Source of the DNA: a virus
Lineage: Duplodnaviria; Heunggongvirae; Uroviricota; Caudoviricetes
Strand: one strand, 5' to 3'
DNA: 64,000 bases
Virus record (IMG/VR): IMGVR_UViG_2903405734_000002
Location: 64,001-128,000 of that record
Shown here: positions 1-9,549 of the stretch, piece after piece
Position numbering within the stretch: the first letter of the stretch is position 1
Layout of the letters: each line of letters begins with the position of its first letter
Made by a program: the position numbers and the translations under genes
Notes under the pieces: generated by a model
What the model was told of the DNA's origin: nothing
Databases searched by the model: none
The model's input: only the letters and a program-made list of their open reading frames with translations

Positions 1-81
1 TTGTATCAAGAACAATATTCGCGAGAAAAACACAGCTAAATCAATTGAAGCGGGGGTGTTTCTCTATAAAGGAGATACAAA

Positions 82-972
82 TTGAACAATTCCAGCTCCG
101 CTGAAAATAACCAGTTTCTTCTTTCTCTTCCTATTGGCAGAACCCTGCTAAAGCACATTTGCACAAAAGGATTGCCAGATTCAACTCTCAGCAATGATGA
201 ATGGGAGATGGCAAGAAATATTGAGCGTCATTGTCGGGGGCTAATGCCAAAAATTAGAGGTCAGTTAAATGGGCCTGCTATAAAAATAGAGAAGATACCA
301 TCTGGCGAAGCCGACTTTCTTATTCAGTTCCTCTCTAAGAGTGAAATGATGGCTGATGAGAAATTTAAGCGCGAGCTTGTAATGCTTAGGTTGATTTTCA
401 CAGAAAACCTCAATGCAGCAAAAGAAAAAGCCGCCTTAAGAGATGAGAAGATCAAAAAGAAAGCCAACTCCATAGCCACCGTTACGGCTGGTGGATGTAT
501 CGATCTATTCAAGAAGATTTCAGCTGAAATTCCTGCTGATTGGGCTCCATCCTTAAGACTGAACTGGCATGATAAAAACCCTGGAGTGTCATTCAACCAA
601 GGGGATCAATCAGGTAATTTGCTTGATGCGTGTGGCTACGAAATTTATGTTGATATGACTGAAATTCTCAATCACAACAAGCAGCTAATCAGCAAGATTT
701 ATATGGAAGATAGAGCTTTTGATGCCAACGAGGTTATTGGCGGCTTTCGCTCTGACAAGTGGGAGATGCACTTGGTTGCAGCAACATGTCATGCTGCGAG
801 TCACGCCGCGCAATGGTGCTCCATCGGTAAAAAATCACCAATCAAGGAAGATGAGCATGGCGGTAAGTTTTTGTTTTTCTATTCTCATGCAAGAAACTTC
901 TTGTGCAACCCATCACTAAAAGAGGCCAGGATCCGCATTGGATACGAACAGGAATCGCCTGGCCCAATCTGA
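82..972 (+). CDS. Hypothetical protein; possible inactive SprT/zincin-like domain; C-terminal tail ...QESPGPI
   Basis: TTG start 7 nt after GGAG. CHAASH...HGGKF resembles SprT HExxH...HG but lacks the catalytic Glu. Confidence 0.6.
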   Translation: MNNSSSAENNQFLLSLPIGRTLLKHICTKGLPDSTLSNDEWEMARNIERHCRGLMPKIRGQLNGPAIKIEKIPSGEADFLIQFLSKSEMMADEKFKRELVMLRLIFTENLNAAKEKAALRDEKIKKKANSIATVTAGGCIDLFKKISAEIPADWAPSLRLNWHDKNPGVSFNQGDQSGNLLDACGYEIYVDMTEILNHNKQLISKIYMEDRAFDANEVIGGFRSDKWEMHLVAATCHAASHAAQWCSIGKKSPIKEDEHGGKFLFFYSHARNFLCNPSLKEARIRIGYEQESPGPI

Positions 973-989
973 ATTTGCAATCGCAATTA

Positions 990-1502
990 TCAAGGGATGA
1001 TTTGCACCGTTGTTCCCACAGGAACAAGAGAAACGACTTCTTTGATTTCCTTGTTCGTAAGGGCAACACAGCCCTTAGTCCAATCTCTTCCTCTGAATGA
1101 ATCGGGATCTGGGAATTTATTTGGAAGTCCGTGGATAAAGATGTCACCACCCGTCTTCACATTCAACTTTTGAGCAATCATCTTGTCCAGTTCGTTTGGA
1201 TAAGAGATTTTTAAGCTGTAGTAAAAATTACTGTTGGGATTGAAGTATTCAATCTTGTACTTTCCTTCTGGAGTCCTGTGATCACCTTGATAAATTTTCC
1301 TGCCAACAGGTCTTTTGCCAAGAGAAACTCGATATGATTTGATCACCCTGCTATTTTTCAGCAGGAACATAACCCTGGATGACTTCTTGATTAGGACATA
1401 ATCAGCCTTAATGCCAGGATCTGTCTTGGTTGAAGGCGATGCAAGTGCAGTATTAAGAAACAATGCTGATAGTAGCAGAGCGGCGGCTTTGATTTTTATC
1501 AT
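990..1502 (-). CDS. L,D-transpeptidase (YkuD family), exported
   Basis: Start moved to ATG 1502, giving signal peptide MIKIKAAALLLSALFLNTALA. Motifs GDHRTPEGKY and IFIHG...WTKGCVAL (catalytic His/Cys). Confidence 0.9.
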   Translation of the reverse strand: MIKIKAAALLLSALFLNTALASPSTKTDPGIKADYVLIKKSSRVMFLLKNSRVIKSYRVSLGKRPVGRKIYQGDHRTPEGKYKIEYFNPNSNFYYSLKISYPNELDKMIAQKLNVKTGGDIFIHGLPNKFPDPDSFRGRDWTKGCVALTNKEIKEVVSLVPVGTTVQIIP

Positions 1503-1749
1503 AATTATTCTTTTTATTGTTGAAAACTTGCTATAATTTATCAAAAATAAACCAAAGGTCAACACAAACATTTCGTATAAAAAAACACCTTGCAAGACTT
1601 GCCTGCAAGGTGATAAAACTAACATAGTCCGAGGATAATTCTCTGAGGTCGTGTGAGTGAACCTCTGAGAGACCTCAAGATAGTTCAAGGATAATTTAAT
1701 TGCAAGAAATTATTTTAACATTAAATATAAAAAGAAAAAGGAGACGCAA

Positions 1750-2772
1750 GTGAATCTAGGACGATTCCCTAGTACCAGATACAGGGGCTCTAAACGAACC
1801 ATTCTCGCTTTTCTGCATTCAGTCTTGCAGCCATATGAGTTCGATGATGTTCTTGATTTGTACTCTGGGAGTGGAATTGTGTCCCTGATGTTTAGGCAGA
1901 TGGGAAAGAGAGTGCATGCGAATGACTTTTTGCTGAACTGCAATGCGTCAGCCCGCGCACTGCTTCATTATGATGGAGACCGCGCTGTCGCATCTGGTCT
2001 GGAGAGGAACTTAAGGTATCTTCTTGAATTCGACTCATGCGAGAAGGAAAAGCTGATCTGCAAAAACTTCCAGGGCATTTACTTTACCGATGAAGAAAAC
2101 AACCAGCTCGATCTTTTTTGTCAAAAAAAGCAGATTATTGCACCTAAAATCCGAGATTTGTATGTCTACTTGCTATCTCAGGCATGCCTAAAAAAGAGGC
2201 CGTACAATATCTTTGACAAGGCTGATCTTTCGGTAAGGCTTGGGGGAGCAGCAAGAGCATCAAGAAATCAAGTCACATGGAAGGCTCCCTTCATCCTACA
2301 CGCCACGAAATGCCTAGCTGAGCTGAATGCAATGGATTTGGCATCCAATAGGGAACACGCTGTCACCAGCCATAATGCCTGCGATCTCGATTTATTCGAG
2401 AGAAATACAGAGATGGTGTATGTAGACCCCCCTTGCATTGATGAGAAGGGCGGCTGTGTAGATTATGCCCACAGTTATCACTTTCTGGATGGGTTGTGTG
2501 ACTACGATCTCTACTCCAATGCAGATCACTCAAAAGCGAATCGCTCTATCATCAGCAATCCATCTGATTGGAGCACTTTGGATGGAGCTAAAAACGCCAT
2601 TGGCGCTCTCTCTGAACACTTCGACAAGGGCGTCATTGCTCTGAGCTACCGACACGCCAGCAAACTCAAATCTAGCGAAATAGAGAGCTTGATGAGGCGA
2701 CCAGGAAGGGATGTGCTTACAACAACCCATGACAACCAAAATGACTATCTTGTCATTTCCAGACCATCATAA
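1750..2772 (+). CDS. D12-class N6-adenine DNA methyltransferase (orphan; motif IV variant DPPC)
   Basis: RYRGSK; DLYSGSG SAM-binding motif; YVDPPC; no cognate endonuclease adjacent. Confidence 0.8.
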   Translation: MNLGRFPSTRYRGSKRTILAFLHSVLQPYEFDDVLDLYSGSGIVSLMFRQMGKRVHANDFLLNCNASARALLHYDGDRAVASGLERNLRYLLEFDSCEKEKLICKNFQGIYFTDEENNQLDLFCQKKQIIAPKIRDLYVYLLSQACLKKRPYNIFDKADLSVRLGGAARASRNQVTWKAPFILHATKCLAELNAMDLASNREHAVTSHNACDLDLFERNTEMVYVDPPCIDEKGGCVDYAHSYHFLDGLCDYDLYSNADHSKANRSIISNPSDWSTLDGAKNAIGALSEHFDKGVIALSYRHASKLKSSEIESLMRRPGRDVLTTTHDNQNDYLVISRPS

Positions 2773-2790
2773 TTATTTTAGCTAATAAAA

Positions 2791-2819
2791 TTGACACATC
2801 AGGAAAAGAGGTATATATT
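2791..2819 (+). promoter_or_regulatory. sigma70-type promoter
   Basis: TTGACA-17 nt-TATATT upstream of ORF 2861. Confidence 0.7.
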
Positions 2820-2860
2820 TATCACACTTAATAAACATAAGAAGAAATGAGGAATAAATT

Positions 2861-3283
2861 ATGTTCAATAAATCATCCGCTCAGCGAGCCACCAGTGAAT
2901 TCGGCATGAACCGTTCTCGCTTCTCCGTAATCTCTGAACAGAACGAAATCTCTGATGAAGAGGCTCTCAAGCGAGCCAACCAGCTGACTCCAGAAGAGCA
3001 GCGCAAGCCGTATGCTCACCAGACTCTGGTGCTAAATGATCGCACCTCTGCTAAGCAGGTTAGCTGGTCGTCAGGACGGAGCGTTGGCAAAACAGCGCCA
3101 GTGACTCAAAAAGAGGTCGTCACCAAGCGCCATGAGACAGCTTATGTGAAGCCTGAGCTGACTCCTCATGAAGATCCTGTGCCAGTTCTCTTCGATGGCT
3201 CAGGGGCCAAAAGAGAGCGCAACCCACGCGGGCAGGGGCTCTTTGGGCGAAATGCTCGTCAACGCCGCAAGCACAGTGCATAG
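2861..3283 (+). CDS. Hypothetical protein (basic C-terminus)
   Basis: Has its own promoter, GAGGA RBS, downstream terminator, and CTG/CGC-type codon usage. Confidence 0.75.
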   Translation: MFNKSSAQRATSEFGMNRSRFSVISEQNEISDEEALKRANQLTPEEQRKPYAHQTLVLNDRTSAKQVSWSSGRSVGKTAPVTQKEVVTKRHETAYVKPELTPHEDPVPVLFDGSGAKRERNPRGQGLFGRNARQRRKHSA

Positions 3284-3301
3284 ACTAAACGCCATCACAA
3301 G

Positions 3302-3327
3302 ATGACCACCTAGCGTGGTCATTTTTT
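3302..3327 (+). terminator. Intrinsic terminator
   Basis: ATGACCAC-CTAGC-GTGGTCAT followed by a T run. Confidence 0.75.
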
Positions 3328-3389
3328 CATTCTTTATTTAAAGAAAAATAAATGATACCATCTTTTAAAACAATGATGGCGAACACCTG

Positions 3390-3959
3390 ATGTCCAACAA
3401 CAATAATTTCATTAAAAACATTCATTCTAGCGAAAGCAATGAGTGGTACACCCCTGTTATTTTCACCGAAGCCGCAAGGGCGGTAATGGGAGAGATTGAC
3501 CTTGATCCGGCCTCATCCGAAGAGGCGAATGAAGCAGTAAGGGCTGGGAAAATCTTCACCATCGAAGATGATGGATTTACAAAAGAGTGGTTTGGCCGTG
3601 TCTGGCTGAACAGCCCCTATGGTTTTTTTGAGGGACAAAGAGGCGTTTCTTGCGCAGGCATGTGGGCAAAAAGCCTGCGTGACCGATTCCTCTCTGGTGA
3701 GGTTGAAGAGGCTCTGATGCTGGTTAACGCCAATGTGGGTGACAAATGGTGGATGGCCCTAATGAGGGAGTTCCCTGTGTGCCTGGTCAACAAGAGAATC
3801 GCATTTCGCCGCCCATCTGCATCCAAAAAGAAAAGCCAGCCCAGTAAGGGTAATAGTGTTTTTTATTTCGGAAATAATTTTGAGAAATTTAGGCAGGTTT
3901 TCGAGGACGAATACAATCTTGGCATTGTAGTTGACTACAAAAACTCAAAAAACAAATAA
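3390..3959 (+). CDS. Phage-type DNA N6-adenine methyltransferase (Dam-like; motif IV variant NSPY)
   Basis: EWYTP, IDLDPASS, DDG..KEW.GRVWLNSPYG. Confidence 0.85.
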   Translation: MSNNNNFIKNIHSSESNEWYTPVIFTEAARAVMGEIDLDPASSEEANEAVRAGKIFTIEDDGFTKEWFGRVWLNSPYGFFEGQRGVSCAGMWAKSLRDRFLSGEVEEALMLVNANVGDKWWMALMREFPVCLVNKRIAFRRPSASKKKSQPSKGNSVFYFGNNFEKFRQVFEDEYNLGIVVDYKNSKNK

Positions 3960-3983
3960 ATTTAATAACTTAAAGAGACTGTA

Positions 3984-4568
3984 ATGGCTGAGCTATCTTT
4001 TATTTATTCCTCAATGAATGCAGGAAAAACAACCGAACTACTTCAATTTGCTCATAATTATTCCGAGAGAGGAATGAACCCCTTCCTTATGACGCCATCT
4101 ATTGATAATAGGGCAGGGGTAGGGGTAATTGAGAGCAGGATTGGCATACAAAAAAAGGCGTTCTCATTCGATAAGGATGATAATCTATATGAAATTGTAT
4201 CAAGACTCAATGAAGCAAAAAAAATCGACTGTGTTCTGATTGATGAGGCTCAGTTTCTAACTGCCAAGCAGGTTTGGGAGATTAGCGACATTGTTGATTT
4301 CCTTGATATTCGCGTCCAGTGCTATGGCTTGAGAACCGATGCTTTCTCCATGACATTTGAGGGTAGTGAAAGGCTTCTTGCTCTATCAGATAAAATAATC
4401 GAAAGGGAAACCATTTGTCATTGTGGGGTAAATGCCATAATGGTGTTAAAGCTGAACGAGAAGGGAGAAGTTGTCTCAGCTGGCAAGCAAATTGACATTG
4501 GCGGAAATGATAAGTACATTTCTGTTTGTCGAAAGCACTACAAAAAAGCAATGAAAATGGACAGATAA
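3984..4568 (+). CDS. tdk: Thymidine kinase
   Basis: SSMNAGKTT P-loop, IDEAQF, YGLRTD, C-x-C...GGNDKY.SVCRKHY. Confidence 0.97.
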   Translation: MAELSFIYSSMNAGKTTELLQFAHNYSERGMNPFLMTPSIDNRAGVGVIESRIGIQKKAFSFDKDDNLYEIVSRLNEAKKIDCVLIDEAQFLTAKQVWEISDIVDFLDIRVQCYGLRTDAFSMTFEGSERLLALSDKIIERETICHCGVNAIMVLKLNEKGEVVSAGKQIDIGGNDKYISVCRKHYKKAMKMDR

Positions 4569-4585
4569 GAAACAAAGAAAAAAAT

Positions 4586-4614
4586 AAAAGCCGCCGGAAG
4601 GTGGCTTTTATTTT
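4586..4614. terminator. Intrinsic terminator (A and T flanks)
   Basis: AAAAGCCGCC-GGAA-GGTGGCTTTT. Confidence 0.75.
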
Positions 4615-4733
4615 GTTATTAGTATTGCATCAATTTAATTTTTTATTATGTGAAATTTTTTCTTGAATGCTGTGTTCTAAGGTGAGAATATCCCTCTCAT
4701 AAAATAATAACAATAATAAAAAGAACTACTGAA

Positions 4734-5540
4734 ATGAAAAACACAACCAAAATCAAGGGTGAACCAAGACTAATCTCTATTATAAAGAATGAAATTGATG
4801 TATCTGGAATTGAGCAGTTCGTTCTAAATCACCAAAAAACACAAAGATCAGAGATGGTTAATGGTGAGTACACATCAACAACCTGGTACAGGCCAGGTGC
4901 AGGAATTCTTAGTCACAAGCTAATCTCGCCAAACGAAATTGAAATTCAGTTTTCAACTTTTTATGAAACACTGTCTCCTGCTCTTGGCATTGCAAGCGGT
5001 ATCTCCAGAATAGATCCATCACTTGAGATTGAGCATATTTTCATGTGCAGGGCCACATATTTATATGGTGGATTCAAGCTTATTGCAGGAGAGATTGACT
5101 CTTCATTTATGATTATCTCAAAAGATGAATCCTGCGAAAAGATCGTTGAGTATCTTTCACATCTTCCTGAAACAGAAATGGGTCAAGATGAGTTTGTAGT
5201 AGCAAAACAAATTCCTGGGCGTTTTGAACTCATGGAAAGAAATGTAATTTCAGGGTTAAAATTTGATTATATCGATGAGTATTATGCCGTTAACTTCTCT
5301 GGCGATAAGCTGTTCTTGTTGATTAGTTATGATGCATGCAATGACAGAAATGCATCTGCCCCGTACATCTCAAGAAATGGCAAAACATACGAGATGGTTA
5401 ATATGCATTGGAGCAATGAAAAGGACGGTCTGTACGGGACTCTATCAGAGCAATGTGTTTATCCAGGAATTGATGACTTAATCTCAATCGTACCAGCATC
5501 ATTTTTGTACTCAAAACAAACCGCATCAAAAAATCAATGA
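4734..5540 (+). CDS. Hypothetical protein; N-terminal half weakly like the YubB ferredoxin-like domain
   Basis: EIQFSTFY..P...ISRIDPSLEIEH.F......GG...AG resembles the F.TAW.PP....S..FP.L pattern; weak match. Confidence 0.55.
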   Translation: MKNTTKIKGEPRLISIIKNEIDVSGIEQFVLNHQKTQRSEMVNGEYTSTTWYRPGAGILSHKLISPNEIEIQFSTFYETLSPALGIASGISRIDPSLEIEHIFMCRATYLYGGFKLIAGEIDSSFMIISKDESCEKIVEYLSHLPETEMGQDEFVVAKQIPGRFELMERNVISGLKFDYIDEYYAVNFSGDKLFLLISYDACNDRNASAPYISRNGKTYEMVNMHWSNEKDGLYGTLSEQCVYPGIDDLISIVPASFLYSKQTASKNQ

Positions 5541-5542
5541 GC

Positions 5543-5565
5543 AAAGCACCCTTGACGGGTGCTTT
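5543..5565. terminator. Intrinsic terminator
   Basis: AAAGCACCC-TTGAC-GGGTGCTTT. Confidence 0.7.
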
Positions 5566-5626
5566 CTGTTGCCAGCTAAAAAATTAAGTGATATATTTTT
5601 TGCAATATTAATTTTTGGTGGGCTGT

Positions 5627-6370
5627 ATGTTTTTTAACTTAAGGATAGAGCTTGAAAATATAGTTGAACTGGTAAAGAGTGGCTGCAAAGCCTCATCAGA
5701 TGAGCTCAACAGTGCATTCTTGATGTGTTGTGACAAGCTGATAGGCGTGCTTCATCATGCTCCAAAAAAGAAATTTGATGAGCTCTTAAAGAGAGATTTC
5801 TGGTCTAGTAATGAGGAATATTGTTTTTTTCTGGAACTGGTAGACAGAGTTGTCAACCAAACGCCTCTTATTTTTGATGATGCGACAAGAGGCATACTTT
5901 GTAGGTATGTTATACCTATAGAGTTAACAGCAAAAAAAGATGACATCCTGATTAGTCACTTCATCCCAGATGTGATAACAAATATAATCTCTGGCTTTAT
6001 AAGTGAAAAGACAAATGGCCTTACGAGAGATATTCAGGTATCACAAAACCTTGTCAGGCATGTAAATAACGCTGATGTTTTTGATAGCTATCATTTATAT
6101 AGCGCAAACAGAAATATATGCTTATCAAAAGAAGATAATGGTGATGAGAGTGAGTTTTTGTTTTATGGAGAGAAACACTCTTTTATTTTACAAATTAACA
6201 TTGTTGTAGATGAGCAGTGCGACTCAAAAACTCTGGCTGAAATTATTGCTGCTGAGTTCGGAGACCCAGCAAAAAAGTTCATAGAGCAAACACTGTCATC
6301 TTTTTATTTCTTCAATAGATGCTCTTTTGATCTAAGATCTCGCGGGATAATCCCCGTCTCTAGAATTTAG
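5627..6370 (+). CDS. Hypothetical protein
   Basis: Long ORF; the first ATG at 5627 is used as start. Confidence 0.65.
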   Translation: MFFNLRIELENIVELVKSGCKASSDELNSAFLMCCDKLIGVLHHAPKKKFDELLKRDFWSSNEEYCFFLELVDRVVNQTPLIFDDATRGILCRYVIPIELTAKKDDILISHFIPDVITNIISGFISEKTNGLTRDIQVSQNLVRHVNNADVFDSYHLYSANRNICLSKEDNGDESEFLFYGEKHSFILQINIVVDEQCDSKTLAEIIAAEFGDPAKKFIEQTLSSFYFFNRCSFDLRSRGIIPVSRI

Positions 6371-6430
6371 AACTGTATTCATGTAGCCTCTGCACAATCC
6401 AGTAAGAGGCTCAAATTCTTATTTAAAATA

Positions 6431-7276
6431 CTAGATGTCTAGTGACTCAGGAACTTTCTTACCTTTGTTTTTTGGCGTAGGTGGTGTTATTGTTGGCTTG
6501 TAGATTGTTGCATCTCTCCATTCCTTTTCCCCATAGAACTTCCAGTTAATATTTGTAATCATTGTCTTGCTTGTAATTCTTCCTGTGTTTGCTATCAAAA
6601 AACCATTGCCATTGATTTCCCATTTCTTTGCAATGGTTAATCCACCATCAGGATGTGAGATTCCAGATAAGTCCAAGATCCAATGGATTTTGCTTGCCTC
6701 ATCCCATCGATCAAAAACTTCATTGCAGTATTTTTGTGCCGCTGTTGGTGTCCAACCATTGATGGCCCTGAGTCTCTCCATGACCTCATCCAGACGATTG
6801 TTTGAGTATGCCAATCCAAGATGGAACATCTCATGGCACTCCTTGCATACACAAACAAGGCCCTCCAAGTGCTGAATTCCCCAGTTGAGGGGCTTGTCAT
6901 TGTCGTCAGATAGAAATTCATAATTCCAGATTTCATGAACATCTAGTGTATTTTTCTTGGTTCCGCAAGCCTGACAGGAATTTGAGTGCTTCTCAATAAT
7001 TGGGTGTCTCAACTTGTCCCAAGATGTCTTGGTAAGTAAATTTGCCAGGCTTGATCCCCATGATGAGCGAGGGATTAACTCCCCAATGACAGGAGCTGAG
7101 CCTAAAATAAATGGCAACCTTTTGTCGTCAACTGAAAAGGCATCGCCCCTGTTGTAAACAGCTCCATCCTTACCATAAAAAACATTACCAAAAGAAGAGG
7201 GGACATTTTCCCACTTGCCAAACTTTCTCTTTGGGAATAAATCACTTAGTTTTTTGCCCATATTCATTATTTTCAT
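6431..7276 (-). CDS. HNH endonuclease-family protein; tail ...KKVPESLDI
   Basis: W..LR.......CQACG....LDVHE.W...LVCVCKECHEMFH zinc/HNH pattern. Confidence 0.8.
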   Translation of the reverse strand: MKIMNMGKKLSDLFPKRKFGKWENVPSSFGNVFYGKDGAVYNRGDAFSVDDKRLPFILGSAPVIGELIPRSSWGSSLANLLTKTSWDKLRHPIIEKHSNSCQACGTKKNTLDVHEIWNYEFLSDDNDKPLNWGIQHLEGLVCVCKECHEMFHLGLAYSNNRLDEVMERLRAINGWTPTAAQKYCNEVFDRWDEASKIHWILDLSGISHPDGGLTIAKKWEINGNGFLIANTGRITSKTMITNINWKFYGEKEWRDATIYKPTITPPTPKNKGKKVPESLDI

Positions 7277-7402
7277 TATTATTCCTTTTATTGTCTATTA
7301 TTACATTATCCCTGAAAATAAGTGCAAATCAATATTTTGTTTCTAATTAATCAAAAAGGATGATATAGTTGAGTGTATTGATATTTAAAGGAAAAATAAA
7401 TA

Positions 7403-8206
7403 ATGAGAAAGTCACTATTGTCACTCGTTGTGTCATCAATTTTGTCTTTGAGTTTATTCTCTAACGCTGCATCAGGGGCGGAACATTACGTCATTCGAAT
7501 CGGCGGTGATATCGAAGGGATTAAGGCGGAAGAGGGAGGTTCAACAGGTGGTGAAACAGAAAAACCAGGGGAAGAAGAGAAAGATCCTGGAGATGGCAGG
7601 CTTCCTGGGACGCTAGGTATCGGTGATAACTGTAAGAAAATTATCTCAGATGGGCTGTCTAAAGGCGATGGTGACTACACGGTTACAGTTACAGGCAGCA
7701 AGAAGGCCGTATACTGCGATATGACTAGGGATGGGGGAGGGTGGATGCTCCTCAATGATTATGGCCTCCCAATCTCACACGCCAACGCTCTTGGCAGTGT
7801 TGGCATTAACACTCAAGCAGACCTCATAAAAACAATGAGCCTGGCTGTGTCTATTTCCGTTGTGAATGGAGAGTGGTTGGCAAGCAATAAGCCTGCCGGA
7901 TGGACTCCATATCCTTTGGCAAAGCAGCCTGGAGCTATCAGCTTCTATGCCGATGGAAGTACAAGGGCATATGGAAATCTTAGACTTCCTGCCTATGGAA
8001 CAGAGATTATGATCGAGGCTCCAAGGATTGGCCCAACCAACAGCTGGACTATGGAGTTTAAGCCGTACCCAAATCAGACCCATACTATTGATGGCTCGTT
8101 CGGAGGGGTTCAGGTTATGAAGTACAAGTACGATCCACTGAAATCATCTGCGACATTCTCAGAGACTTATGGTGTGATATTCCTGGATAAAACATGGGTA
8201 AGGTGA
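7403..8206 (+). CDS. Exported protein with a fibrinogen C-terminal-like domain start
   Basis: Signal peptide MRKSLLSLVVSSILSLSLFSNAASG; NCKKI...KGDGDYTV....VYCDMTRDGGGWML motif. Confidence 0.75.
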   Translation: MRKSLLSLVVSSILSLSLFSNAASGAEHYVIRIGGDIEGIKAEEGGSTGGETEKPGEEEKDPGDGRLPGTLGIGDNCKKIISDGLSKGDGDYTVTVTGSKKAVYCDMTRDGGGWMLLNDYGLPISHANALGSVGINTQADLIKTMSLAVSISVVNGEWLASNKPAGWTPYPLAKQPGAISFYADGSTRAYGNLRLPAYGTEIMIEAPRIGPTNSWTMEFKPYPNQTHTIDGSFGGVQVMKYKYDPLKSSATFSETYGVIFLDKTWVR

Positions 8207-8216
8207 TGAGGGATTC

Positions 8217-8480
8217 ATGACAGAAATGGAACTTACAGACGAAGAGAAGCAGCTAATCCTTCAAAGAAGAGCTCAAAAGAGAAAGGAAGAAGAAGATAGG
8301 CAGTTTCAACAAAATGCGCTCAAAGTCGCATCTATGTGGCTTGACTGGTCAGCAAGAGATGGCAGCGGACTGACTTTTTCAACCTTTGTGAACGATTTCG
8401 GATATGAAGAACAGGATGGAAAAGAGATGTTTAGTGCCGTAGAAAGGATCCTTGCTGCTTCCAAAAGGCAGCCAAGATAG
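8217..8480 (+). CDS. Small hypothetical protein
   Basis: GAGGG RBS; lies 10 nt after the previous stop; terminator downstream. Confidence 0.7.
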   Translation: MTEMELTDEEKQLILQRRAQKRKEEEDRQFQQNALKVASMWLDWSARDGSGLTFSTFVNDFGYEEQDGKEMFSAVERILAASKRQPR

Positions 8481-8504
8481 ACAAGAACAAGCACAAGACA
8501 CAAG

Positions 8505-8530
8505 AAAGCAGCCAAGAGGCTGCTTTTCTT
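8505..8530 (+). terminator. Intrinsic terminator
   Basis: AAAGCAGCC-AAGA-GGCTGCTTTT. Confidence 0.7.
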
Positions 8531-8585
8531 TCCTCCATGAAATGTCAAGTATTGACGGTTACTAGACATTTGGTAGGTTTTGTTT

Positions 8586-8648
8586 TGTTCCTCGCTCTTT
8601 CTGGTAGAGAGCGCCCCATAAAAATGGCGTGAGATTCACGCCATTTTA
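8586..8648 (+). ncRNA. Candidate ~60-65 nt sRNA
   Basis: TTGACG-16 nt-TAGGTT (8552-8579), then a U-rich 5' end, hairpin CGCTCTTT/AGAGAGCG, and terminator AAAATGGCGTG-AGATT-CACGCCATTTT. No ORF inside. Confidence 0.4.
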
Positions 8649-8661
8649 CATTTTGATTTGG

Positions 8662-9099
8662 TTATGCATTCGCCTTTGAAATGTGAAGCTTTACGAGCAG
8701 CCTCTTCCAATCAAAAAATGACAACATTAGTGGCGCAATCAGAGGGGTTAAAATTGCAAGCCAGGCTATTAGTGCCAAGCGCAAATGCGATAGTGCTCCT
8801 GCATATGGATTATCCCCTGAAAAAGCCAAACCGAGCATCATTAGTGGAAGCACAGGAACAAGCGGGACAATCGAAAATAAAACCAGCAGGAACTTGTAGA
8901 TTACTTTCTTATTGTAATGACAGGTTGAAATCATTAATGCGATTCCAATAGTAAGGAGCGGATACATCGACTGCGCCACATCATAAAGAGACCAAAAGTG
9001 ATTCGTGATAGCAAACAAGACTATAATGCTTGCAGCATAAGTAAGAAGAATTTTCATAGTCTGTTGCTTTGGTGAAAGATAAGAGAACCATTCCCTCAT
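8662..9099 (-). CDS. Integral membrane hypothetical protein (~4 TM)
   Basis: Four hydrophobic segments; GAGGT RBS. Confidence 0.7.
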   Translation of the reverse strand: MREWFSYLSPKQQTMKILLTYAASIIVLFAITNHFWSLYDVAQSMYPLLTIGIALMISTCHYNKKVIYKFLLVLFSIVPLVPVLPLMMLGLAFSGDNPYAGALSHLRLALIAWLAILTPLIAPLMLSFFDWKRLLVKLHISKANA

Positions 9100-9229
9100 A
9101 GGTGCTACCTCATTATTATTATAGTTTTAAGCATGGTATCACAAGAGTTACAAATTATGAATTGTTATTATGCCGATAACCCCATTTATCGGCATCAAAA
9201 TCTATATAAATCAAAAGTTAACGACTGCC

Positions 9230-9526
9230 TTATGAGTTTGTTTGTTCATGTGCCCTCTCCTTCTTTTTCCTTATCCAGGATGAGATGATGATGTAAAGGT
9301 AAAATAAGGCAGCAAACGATATTACTGACCCCCAGTAAAGCCAATAAATTATGACATATAGATCGTCAATGATACCTATATGTTCGCTCCCTATTAGCTG
9401 TTCTTCGAGGCTATATTTAATGTTGAGCAAAGACAAGACAAGAAGAGCTGTCATTATCGCAAAATGAAGAAGGAGCGGCACCAACAAAGCGCCTATTCCG
9501 ATGGTCTTGTTTAGCATTTTTGACAT
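9230..9526 (-). CDS. Small 2-TM membrane protein (candidate immunity)
   Basis: Two hydrophobic segments and a basic C-terminus; starts 23 nt downstream of the 9550 ORF. Confidence 0.65.
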   Translation of the reverse strand: MSKMLNKTIGIGALLVPLLLHFAIMTALLVLSLLNIKYSLEEQLIGSEHIGIIDDLYVIIYWLYWGSVISFAALFYLYIIISSWIRKKKERAHEQTNS

Positions 9527-9549
9527 TCCTGGTGTGTCTCCGTGTGGGT

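Noticed and set aside
1679-1699. Sixth NrtR-like site (minus strand ...TTGAACTAT)
   Set aside because: Only the right half matches; the ATAGTATC half is absent.
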